Shown here one piece after another: positions 38,178 to 46,563 of a DNA stretch of 64,000 nucleotides. How positions within the stretch are numbered: position 1 is the stretch's first letter; each line of letters begins with the position of its first letter. The notes under the pieces were generated by a model. It ran no database searches. It saw nothing but the letters and a program-made list of their open reading frames with translations, and had not been told where the DNA came from. A program made the position numbers and the translations under genes. The stretch comes from a virus: the IMG/VR virus record IMGVR_UViG_3300027419_000023. The stretch is one strand, 5' to 3'.

Positions 38178-39599
38178 TTATGTCACTGTAACCGTTATTG
38201 TTCTTGCTCTAATCCTCTGATCTTCATCTATGTCAATAACGGAACCTGGAGTTGAAATGGTCATACTATTTCCTACGGCGGAACATAGTGTTATACTGTC
38301 AATACCTTCCAGCATTTCCGAGGTAGTATAGTCCATGTAAATATAGAGAAATAGATCCGACCACTCTAAGTCTTTGCCAATTGTAAAATCATTCAGGAAG
38401 TCCGTTACAGAATCTTCGATATTAGCATCCAGGCCGCTCGGAGCTGTAGAAGTTCTGATTATGTTTATGGTGACGTCGACGTAGACCGTCCTTGGCAATA
38501 TATAAAGATATGGATATGTTCCCATGCCGATTAGAATGTCGTAACTACCTGTACCGGCATAAATAACTTCATCAATATAGTCAGCTCGGTCATCCACACT
38601 TTCCATGGTAGCACTAATAGTGTCTCCAATTACGGTATCAACGGGAACGATTACCGTAGCTGTTCTAGTGCGACCAAGAATATCAACGTAACTTATGCTA
38701 AAAGATTCTCCGGCTAGCATGTTGTCGTAGGCTCGAACTAAAATGCGTCCGCCAGAGCAATCCGAAAGATGATTGTTTACTATACCGGTTCGGACAGTAG
38801 CTCCCAACTTCCCACGACAAGTAATTCCTGCGGCGACATTATCCTCTAGGGAAGTTTCGATGTCCGCACAGTCATCACCTGTACCGCCACTATAGTCTAC
38901 TATGACTTCGAGATCACCATTGCTACGAGAAAATATATGGGCTTCTGAAATGTCTTCTAGGTCAGTCAAATGATCTTCGACTACGGTGGAAGTTGCTGTA
39001 CCTGTTGCTAAAACTGCATAATAATAACGATTACGTAGGTCGTCATCACTTTCTTGGTCGGTGCCGCCAACAAAAGCTTCGCTATTTTCCACGCGATCAA
39101 TATCATCAATGGCATATGGTATGTTAGTAATCATGTATGCAGAGACGTTGCCATTCTCACCGGACTCTACTGCACGAGCTGCCACTGTAACAGAATTCTC
39201 ACCTATAGAGACTTCGCCGTATGCAGTAGTCTCAAAAAATATTCGACTACCATCTGATCCAATTGCTAGAGCTTTAGATCCTAATGGTACTGGAATTATT
39301 TCTGTAGCAATATCAATACTAGAAAAAGTTAATGTACCAACGGCTTGATCTCCGTCTAGTCTGCCTGCGGGTAACCGATCTACCACTAAAGCATCTAAGT
39401 CTGTATCGGTTGCTGTTAGTACTGAAAGTTTATAAGTTTCATCTTCGATCCTTTGATACATTAGATTTACCTGAATGGCAATTATTTCTGAAAGGACATC
39501 TAACATGCTACCGGATGAGAAATTCCGGATTTTAGGATGCCTACTGATTAATTCCTCTCTTAAATCATCTTTTATTTCGTTAATGGTTGGTACTAACAT
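38178..39599 (-). CDS. baseplate wedge protein J-like
   Basis: GSMLD, TATDTDLD, AVESGENGNV, GGTDQESDDDLRNR. Confidence 0.92.
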   Translation of the reverse strand: MLVPTINEIKDDLREELISRHPKIRNFSSGSMLDVLSEIIAIQVNLMYQRIEDETYKLSVLTATDTDLDALVVDRLPAGRLDGDQAVGTLTFSSIDIATEIIPVPLGSKALAIGSDGSRIFFETTAYGEVSIGENSVTVAARAVESGENGNVSAYMITNIPYAIDDIDRVENSEAFVGGTDQESDDDLRNRYYYAVLATGTATSTVVEDHLTDLEDISEAHIFSRSNGDLEVIVDYSGGTGDDCADIETSLEDNVAAGITCRGKLGATVRTGIVNNHLSDCSGGRILVRAYDNMLAGESFSISYVDILGRTRTATVIVPVDTVIGDTISATMESVDDRADYIDEVIYAGTGSYDILIGMGTYPYLYILPRTVYVDVTINIIRTSTAPSGLDANIEDSVTDFLNDFTIGKDLEWSDLFLYIYMDYTTSEMLEGIDSITLCSAVGNSMTISTPGSVIDIDEDQRIRARTITVTVT

Positions 39600-39612
39600 G
39601 ATATGACTCCAA

Positions 39613-40068
39613 TTAATAATAATTTATTATATTACTGAGTTCCGAAGTTAGTGACATCAATTCGTTTGGGGTATACAAAAATTGTAATTGGTCAGTTTGA
39701 GACATTCTGAGGAGAATTTCCGCCTGAAATGGATCGGAATCACTTTTCAGGCAAGTAATAGAATTTATTTCTAGTTCCGGAAATTGATAATCCATATCTG
39801 CTTCAAGATCTTGTTCTAGTCGCCGCAAATTCCCAGTCGTATTCTTCTCGTGCAGATAATCAAGGCAACTACAACCAATCTTTGGATCATAACGTTCGCC
39901 TTTGGGGGTTGCCAGGTATAAGAAGAATCTTTGTTTGAGTTCTTCTTGTCCACCAATTAGAGCTATGTCTCCAGTTGCGTCAAGCACTAAGTCCAAGCTG
40001 GAATGACACTGACCATGTCCAGCCGAGATGTCCAAATTGGTCTTCAAATCATAATAAGTTATTGTCAT
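39613..40068 (-). CDS. baseplate gp25/W-like sheath initiator
   Basis: GDIALIGG...LATPKGE..DP.IG. Confidence 0.8.
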   Translation of the reverse strand: MTITYYDLKTNLDISAGHGQCHSSLDLVLDATGDIALIGGQEELKQRFFLYLATPKGERYDPKIGCSCLDYLHEKNTTGNLRRLEQDLEADMDYQFPELEINSITCLKSDSDPFQAEILLRMSQTDQLQFLYTPNELMSLTSELSNIINYY

Positions 40069-40085
40069 AATATACTCGATTCATA

Positions 40086-40229
40086 TTAATATTTCGCGTG
40101 CCAATAAACCGTCTGGGTGGTCGTGACTCCTGAGAAATTCACTGCGAAAGTGCTTGCCCCGATGCTTGCAGGCGTGGCTATTGTACCTTCGGTGTTCTGG
40201 GCCGTCGCAAAGCAGCATAAACCATCTGT
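40086..40229 (-). pseudogene. orphan 3' end of a former tail-fibre gene (47 codons, no start)
   Basis: TDGLCCFATAQNTEGTIATPASIGASTFAVNFSGVTTTQTVYWHAKY*; resembles C-terminal beta-sandwich caps of tail fibres; lies just after the current fibre stop. Confidence 0.55.
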
Positions 40230-40236
40230 TCAGTGA

Positions 40237-42492
40237 TTATACCTCGATATTGTGGGCAATCTCTTTTGTCACACTACCAGAATTATCGCAGATACCATCA
40301 CCACACCCGATCGCAATGTTCCCTATTGCCGTAAAGTTAGTGGCACCTGAAACGATGAATATCCCATAGTCATCGTAATTGTACATTACATTAGAATTTA
40401 CAACACTACCAGAATTTCCGGATTCAATTCCGATTGCAATTGTGTTGTCGCGTGAGTTTCCATTGCAATGATTCGATACCACTACATTCTGATCTCCCCC
40501 CGACATGATCTGTATGGCATTACTGTATAAATTCTCGCCTGTGTTGATGTCGCGTAGTTTATTCCCCATAATGATTGTGCCTGACCCATTCGATCTAATG
40601 CCATATACTGCGGATACTATTGAATTTCCTTCAATGATGTTATCGTCTCCGCTGGCAACATTAATTCCGAATGATTCGGATGGGCTAATGTAACTTGCAC
40701 CGAATATATTCAGAACGTTTCCTTGTATGTGGTTGTCGTTGGATAGAATTAAATTTATGCCGTAACTAGTCCGATCACACCCATTATTTGTGACAAATGC
40801 ATCATCTACTTCATATAAATATATCCCATATTTATACCCCCAACAAAAATTATCTTGAATTCGGGGCCAGTCAGCATCTACTATATAGAATGCATATGCA
40901 TTCGCCATTACCCAGGCAACTAATGTCTCGCCGCGCCCTGTATAATAATTCGGATTGAAATGATTACGTTGTATGTAATCGATATCTGTGCTATCTTGAG
41001 TACGAACTCCTACGTATAATGGATATCCGGCGCAATCTTCGACGATAAGTCGATAATGTGCACGGTATGCATCCACAAAGATATACGGGTTCGCTGCCAT
41101 GACCCTGCGTATGGTCTGATCAGAAGCGGGTACTGATCCGTCCGCAGTTATATAGAATGCTCCTGGATATACTACTGGTGCAGCATTTGTGTTTTGATTT
41201 GGATAATAGACCCATAAATCTTCTACAGTTGATGCGGGATACATTTTGAACGCTGGCACAGTCTTACTATATACCATGATCACTGACCCATGCGCGGTAG
41301 TATATGATTGAGTTAACGTTCCGTCCATTGGATTGTTGACGCCTCGGATTGTTACATGCTCCTTGACAGTAACTCCTGCATCCGACGCGAAATGGTATTC
41401 GTCTAGTAAAAGTTGAACGACCCCTCCACCCAGTGCGTATACGGTGTCTACTGCGGCTTGAATCTGGACATTATCTGCTACTCCATCTGTTATATAATCA
41501 GCATCTGCGGATGTTCCCACTGTCACAAATGGTAGTGCGCTTGTTTCATCTCCGGCTGGGGTTGCCCATGCGCCTTGACCATTCAAGAAGTGCGTAGCAA
41601 TATTATCTAATTTTGGCAACAGTCCGTGTGCTGATGCCGAGGCATTCCTAGTTGTGATATCGGTGCATGCTGCCAGAGTATCCAACGCGGGATTCGTGAT
41701 TGCGTGTTTGTGGTCGCTTCGTGAAAATGTCGCTGCTGCCCCGTTTGCGGCAGATCCGCCGACAGTCTCTGACCCACCACCCAAATCAGCACTAGTGGGG
41801 ATAGTAGGCAATCCACTCAAGTTCGCATATGCTATCTGCCCACCATCTCCACCGTTATGGTCGTGACTGTCTCCATTGGTCACTCCTTTAGCTATAGGTG
41901 CATAATCGGATGATGCAGTATATGCAGCACTGCCTAGTCCCAGTATAGTTTTTAGTTCCGAAAGCGTTTTTTTTGCCCATTCGTGAGCTGAATTGCTCAC
42001 TATTACGTCATTTTCCGATGTGGACTCTGGTATAACGTTGGGATGCGTATGCCCGACCGCAGAATAAATTGTATCAAAATAAGTTTTCAGCGTTGCCTTT
42101 ATATTAGCCCAGGTAAGTTTCTTGACATTATAACTATTATTGCTATCTAATAATTCTAATTCGTCGGCGTCAATGGGTGTAGTCTTGGAACTAGCAGAAT
42201 GTACTGATATTTGGTCGCCAATTAATGGAAATCCTTTTGGATATTCAAATACGGTATCTGCATGATAAGTTATAGTAGCAGAAGTTAGCGTATATATACC
42301 GAAGCCATTTAGTGTTATCGTGGTATTAGGTGCCGAGTAAACTACCGAAGTTATTTGAAAGAACTTTGTAGTCCCTTGTACAATAATTATTTTTTGTCCT
42401 GGCCAATATGTTGTAGACATATCTCCTGGAACTGTAACAGAGTTTGCAGAAGCATACGTCCAAGTATCAAATCTATTATAATATGTTGCCAT
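40237..42492 (-). CDS. tail fibre/spike with right-handed beta-helix (pectin-lyase-like) receptor-binding domain
   Basis: DGVADNVQIQAAVD...GGGVV, then GI-x-x-x-x-N-x-I-x-GN repeats; mosaic fibre modules at the N-terminus. Confidence 0.85.
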   Translation of the reverse strand: MATYYNRFDTWTYASANSVTVPGDMSTTYWPGQKIIIVQGTTKFFQITSVVYSAPNTTITLNGFGIYTLTSATITYHADTVFEYPKGFPLIGDQISVHSASSKTTPIDADELELLDSNNSYNVKKLTWANIKATLKTYFDTIYSAVGHTHPNVIPESTSENDVIVSNSAHEWAKKTLSELKTILGLGSAAYTASSDYAPIAKGVTNGDSHDHNGGDGGQIAYANLSGLPTIPTSADLGGGSETVGGSAANGAAATFSRSDHKHAITNPALDTLAACTDITTRNASASAHGLLPKLDNIATHFLNGQGAWATPAGDETSALPFVTVGTSADADYITDGVADNVQIQAAVDTVYALGGGVVQLLLDEYHFASDAGVTVKEHVTIRGVNNPMDGTLTQSYTTAHGSVIMVYSKTVPAFKMYPASTVEDLWVYYPNQNTNAAPVVYPGAFYITADGSVPASDQTIRRVMAANPYIFVDAYRAHYRLIVEDCAGYPLYVGVRTQDSTDIDYIQRNHFNPNYYTGRGETLVAWVMANAYAFYIVDADWPRIQDNFCWGYKYGIYLYEVDDAFVTNNGCDRTSYGINLILSNDNHIQGNVLNIFGASYISPSESFGINVASGDDNIIEGNSIVSAVYGIRSNGSGTIIMGNKLRDINTGENLYSNAIQIMSGGDQNVVVSNHCNGNSRDNTIAIGIESGNSGSVVNSNVMYNYDDYGIFIVSGATNFTAIGNIAIGCGDGICDNSGSVTKEIAHNIEV

Positions 42493-42504
42493 AGTTATTG
42501 ATCC

Positions 42505-44019
42505 TTAGAAACACGGGGTCCATCCGCCATAACAAGCCCAGCCATCAATTGGAGGTATGCAGATGATAGTACATGGTATATCAGCAGTTGCTGTAAAATT
42601 TACGGTAGTTGGAGTAACATAATTTATTGCGCAGGTGCCGCCTGTTCCGCATGATGCCGAAACTCCACCGGGACAGCAAGCTTCTCCAAGTGTATTTTTC
42701 ATGTCAATGGAAATGGATTCTGCGCTACCAGTCGGAGTTTCAACTACGGTCACTATGCTACCCGGAGGAGCAGTAGTACCATCAGTTGAACAACTACATG
42801 CATGATGACGGCAAGTACCGTCAATTTGCAGGTCTCCGGTCACATGAGTTAGTGGTGTAGAACATTTAACTTTGGTATTAGCAACTATTTCAATATCGTT
42901 GGTGCCATTCAATGTAATTTTATTAGACGGACCATCTAAGGTTATAATGGAACTATCGCTGTTTGCAGATAATTCTATTATTCCAGACTTGTAGCATCTT
43001 ATATAGGAATCAGTAGGAAAATTCATTAACTCGTATGCCCATGTGACTTGAGTATCTGCAGTACGAGTTGCTGCGAATCTAACTCCTTGAGATTCATTGC
43101 ATAATTGTAAGGCTTCATGATCGGTGTGAAGATCAAAAGTGCCAGCTCCATTAGCACCATATCGATCTCCTTGTACATTGAAATGGAATCGTTGATCATT
43201 CTCAGTCAATGAATTACCTAGGCGTATATGACCAATTTCTTCGGAATATTCGCTGGAAGCTGTACCTGCTGGATTTTCATCGTCGGATTCGAATCGTAAG
43301 TAAGAACCACATCTTCCATGCCATTCCATGCGGCTATTGTACGCTTCTAGAGATTCTGTTTTCGTTGAATACTGTTTAAACCACTGTTCTCCGCTGCGTG
43401 GTACAGAGTCAATTATTTCGCATAGTCGGCAGGTTGGTTCAGCATCACCCATCTGACAGTCCCAGACAAACATTTCGTCACGGCCCTTGCCGCCAGCAGC
43501 TCCTGTTACAGGTCCATGGAATAATTTGCGACAGATTGGCATTTTGCCTTGGAGATGGTCCTTGTAGTCCATGTTTTTGTCCTCATACGGACGTAACCAT
43601 TGGCACCATTTCCAGACTTCGTCGTACATTGCGTCCTGGGACGTAGGAGCACGGAACGGTGGAGTCTGATAAGTGGTGTTAACTGGCCCCAGAATTATAG
43701 GTTGAGTATTATATAAAAATAATACTAAAACAAGATCGCCTACTCTAGGAGTCCAAGGATGTCCAAAACAATTTCCGGTAAAATCCTGTATTACGACCTC
43801 ATAAACATGCTGCAATTTTTTGGGATCTACGTCTTTTTTAGCATTTCGTACTTTAACCGTGACTGTATTATAATATTCTGGATGGTCTGGACTGTGACAT
43901 TGCACTCCGGGCCTACCAAATTTGTCGACTTCGACTATGGTACAATACTCAACCTTAAAGAGATTTTGCATCCAACGTTGGACGCTATTTCCCATGGAGG
44001 TCATTGGGCCAGATGGCAT
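42505..44019 (-). CDS. baseplate central spike (gpV/gp5-like)
   Basis: OB-fold WTPRVGDLVLVLF; beta-helical ITLDG repeats; DLQIDG..RHHAC apex; follows the hub gene. Confidence 0.7.
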   Translation of the reverse strand: MPSGPMTSMGNSVQRWMQNLFKVEYCTIVEVDKFGRPGVQCHSPDHPEYYNTVTVKVRNAKKDVDPKKLQHVYEVVIQDFTGNCFGHPWTPRVGDLVLVLFLYNTQPIILGPVNTTYQTPPFRAPTSQDAMYDEVWKWCQWLRPYEDKNMDYKDHLQGKMPICRKLFHGPVTGAAGGKGRDEMFVWDCQMGDAEPTCRLCEIIDSVPRSGEQWFKQYSTKTESLEAYNSRMEWHGRCGSYLRFESDDENPAGTASSEYSEEIGHIRLGNSLTENDQRFHFNVQGDRYGANGAGTFDLHTDHEALQLCNESQGVRFAATRTADTQVTWAYELMNFPTDSYIRCYKSGIIELSANSDSSIITLDGPSNKITLNGTNDIEIVANTKVKCSTPLTHVTGDLQIDGTCRHHACSCSTDGTTAPPGSIVTVVETPTGSAESISIDMKNTLGEACCPGGVSASCGTGGTCAINYVTPTTVNFTATADIPCTIICIPPIDGWACYGGWTPCF

Positions 44020-44451
44020 TTAGTCCACCAGCCCGAAGTACTTGCAACGTCTAGCAATTGCCTTTAGCATAGAGTACGGCATTTCGACATACTTTCGTGA
44101 GAAATCTTTGCCTTCAACTAACATCCAGAATTTGTGGTTTTCGAACTTCACGTTAAGGTGATGGGCTATAACATATTCGATAAATTCTTCGTCTGTCATA
44201 CCAGTATCAGAGGAATTTTCTAGGACTTCAGTTGTCAACGGATTTGGAGTAACTTCTTCTTGTTCAGACCACTTTCGATCAGCAGCATCCCGAAATTCAA
44301 TAGCAATACGTACTGGAAGTTCTGATAAATCGAAATGATCATAATGATCGGAATTTGTTTTAGCTCTAACTATGTTACCTGATTTATCGCAACGATAGAC
44401 CCAGGTAGTCGTAGCATCGCCATAAAATGAATATAGGAAATTGTCGCTCAT
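44020..44451 (-). CDS. hypothetical protein in the baseplate operon
   Basis: Tightly coupled to both neighbours. Confidence 0.6.
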   Translation of the reverse strand: MSDNFLYSFYGDATTTWVYRCDKSGNIVRAKTNSDHYDHFDLSELPVRIAIEFRDAADRKWSEQEEVTPNPLTTEVLENSSDTGMTDEEFIEYVIAHHLNVKFENHKFWMLVEGKDFSRKYVEMPYSMLKAIARRCKYFGLVD

Positions 44452-46136
44452 TAGTACATCGACTTCCAGTTGGGAGAGCTTTGGTTGTTTGCACTTTCAA
44501 TGTTTTTAATTTGCTCAGCGAAATGACTGGTAACTTCTGCTGGAGTACTTCCATATTCCGAATATTGTAAGAATGTTTGTAAACTATTACCAGACTGACC
44601 ATACAACCATCGACCATTTCTAAAAACAGCTTGCCAGACTTGGCCATCTAAAGCAGTATATTCATCAGTTTGTAGCGTAACATCGCCTTCTTCTGCCGTC
44701 AGTTCGTTGCCATGATTTACGTCTATGCGAGCTACTTCCAAATGGGAAATTATACCAGCGGAACTGTATTCGACTTCTTTCTTGCGAACTCCTCCGTAAA
44801 TCCATGTAAGTTCTCCAGTTATCAAGTCAGGTACTTGGAATAAGACTAATCCAAAAATCTTTGGTATTCGATTAGCAACAACTACTTTTATATCTCGGTC
44901 AATATATTGTTTAAAATTTTCGTCTGCTATTTCGGTTTCGATATCTACTTGAACAGAAGTTAAGTTAGGATCGTGAATGATATCTGCTTCTATCCTACCA
45001 TACTTGCTAATACTTTCTAGATCTTCATATACGGAAAAGATTTCGTCTTTTACAGGCGTCGGAATTGCCCGTAGTGTTGGATCTAATTTCGTGGTTCCTG
45101 CTATAGCCGTTACTAGATTAGCATGTCCAAATATAGTCGAAGTATCCGCGGGTTCAATTACATATGGATCCAAGAACATTGTTTCCGTATATGATTCTGG
45201 ATCTGTCATTACGAGATAAACATTATCCTCGAAATCGTGTCCGAAATAGAAACTTTCCTGATTGTCCTGTGCTATGTGACGTAGAGATTCATTTCCAGAT
45301 AGATCAGAAGGAGTAAAATCTTGCTTTATGAGTTGGGAAACATTTTGCTTGAGATTAAGGATCTTAATATCCTTTTCTGTTATTTCGTTAATCTTATCAA
45401 TAGTATCCTGCATTTTTGTTTCGTAGCCGTCGTCAGGTGACCAGGTTTCGTCATCAAATGATCCAGCTGCTTCAATAGAGATACATCCGAATGTCACTGT
45501 AGCAACCTCATTATTATATTTGGCGTCTGACATGAAGCCCTGGAATATCATGTAGGTACTGGTTTCAACTCCATTATCGGTATTGTAATCTATAGCTGCT
45601 TGCGACCATATGCTTGTTACGCGCGGAACCCATTCATAATTGGATATCTTTTTACCATACTTTTGATAGTTGTTGTTAAGGGTGACTACACAGGAGGCTT
45701 GTTCGTTGCCTTCGTCATAACCCGAAGCCATAGTCGCAGTGATACTAATAATGTCTTTGGAAACAATATCTCCGCCAATTACAGTATATGTTCGAATACC
45801 CTGACCTAATCCGGAATTATTGTCGGCGATAGGGTCTTCATCATCGGGTGCCGTAGTAATCGGTTCAGTTGAAGTTGGATCCTTTTCGTCGATGAGATTC
45901 GTGGTACCCCAGGTAAGCAAAGCCATCTTTAGGGCCACCGGAGGAGTTTCTTCGTTTGCTAAATATTCTTGGTATTGCTGGATTTCCTCATATAAATGAT
46001 TGTAACCTTGTTTATACCATTCGCTTAGTTTGTCGTTGCTCTCTTCCGGAGCATTAGGACAGAATAACGTTATGACGGTACCTGGATATTCCGCAGGATG
46101 GGCTTCCAAATATTCTGGAATCGTCCATAAAACCAT
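44451..46136 (-). CDS. baseplate hub (gp27/gpD-like)
   Basis: SCVVTLNN, IFQGFM, ESISKYGR; lies between the tape measure and spike genes. Confidence 0.7.
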   Translation of the reverse strand: MVLWTIPEYLEAHPAEYPGTVITLFCPNAPEESNDKLSEWYKQGYNHLYEEIQQYQEYLANEETPPVALKMALLTWGTTNLIDEKDPTSTEPITTAPDDEDPIADNNSGLGQGIRTYTVIGGDIVSKDIISITATMASGYDEGNEQASCVVTLNNNYQKYGKKISNYEWVPRVTSIWSQAAIDYNTDNGVETSTYMIFQGFMSDAKYNNEVATVTFGCISIEAAGSFDDETWSPDDGYETKMQDTIDKINEITEKDIKILNLKQNVSQLIKQDFTPSDLSGNESLRHIAQDNQESFYFGHDFEDNVYLVMTDPESYTETMFLDPYVIEPADTSTIFGHANLVTAIAGTTKLDPTLRAIPTPVKDEIFSVYEDLESISKYGRIEADIIHDPNLTSVQVDIETEIADENFKQYIDRDIKVVVANRIPKIFGLVLFQVPDLITGELTWIYGGVRKKEVEYSSAGIISHLEVARIDVNHGNELTAEEGDVTLQTDEYTALDGQVWQAVFRNGRWLYGQSGNSLQTFLQYSEYGSTPAEVTSHFAEQIKNIESANNQSSPNWKSMY

Positions 46137-46138
46137 CT

Positions 46139-46534
46139 TTAGTCATCCCTTTCTTTGAGTTTCATAGAGCAATTGAAATAGTAATCGTTTCTTCCTTCTT
46201 CTCCAGTAGCTGAAAACGATTCAATATACATATACATAGATTTAAAAGGAGTTCGGAAATAATACGGACCTACATTATCAACTAGTTTTTGTATTTGTTG
46301 GACCCTTTCATTAGTGACTACCACAAATTCCATATCACATTTCCATAAGGTTTTTTTGGAAGTACGACATGTTTTATGAGCTGGCCAAGGAATTTCATGT
46401 GTCTTAATTATATTTTCTTTTGACCACGTTATTCTCTTAGGATTTGGCTGACCAGATGGAATATAACCATCACTATCAGCTGCTTTTATTTCCTCATTGA
46501 AGGTATAACTGCCTAGTACTATGTCAAATGCCAT
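46139..46534 (-). CDS. tail tube initiator (gpU-like)
   Basis: IVLGSYTF...HEIP...MYIESFS...MKLKE; directly after the tape measure gene. Confidence 0.6.
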   Translation of the reverse strand: MAFDIVLGSYTFNEEIKAADSDGYIPSGQPNPKRITWSKENIIKTHEIPWPAHKTCRTSKKTLWKCDMEFVVVTNERVQQIQKLVDNVGPYYFRTPFKSMYMYIESFSATGEEGRNDYYFNCSMKLKERDD

Positions 46535-46563
46535 TTCTTATCTTTCCTATAGTTATTATTATT

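Noticed and set aside
40086-42492. Diversity-generating retroelement acting on the tail fibre
   Set aside because: No reverse transcriptase, and no TR/VR pair differing at adenines; the downstream segment is not a copy of the fibre 3' end.
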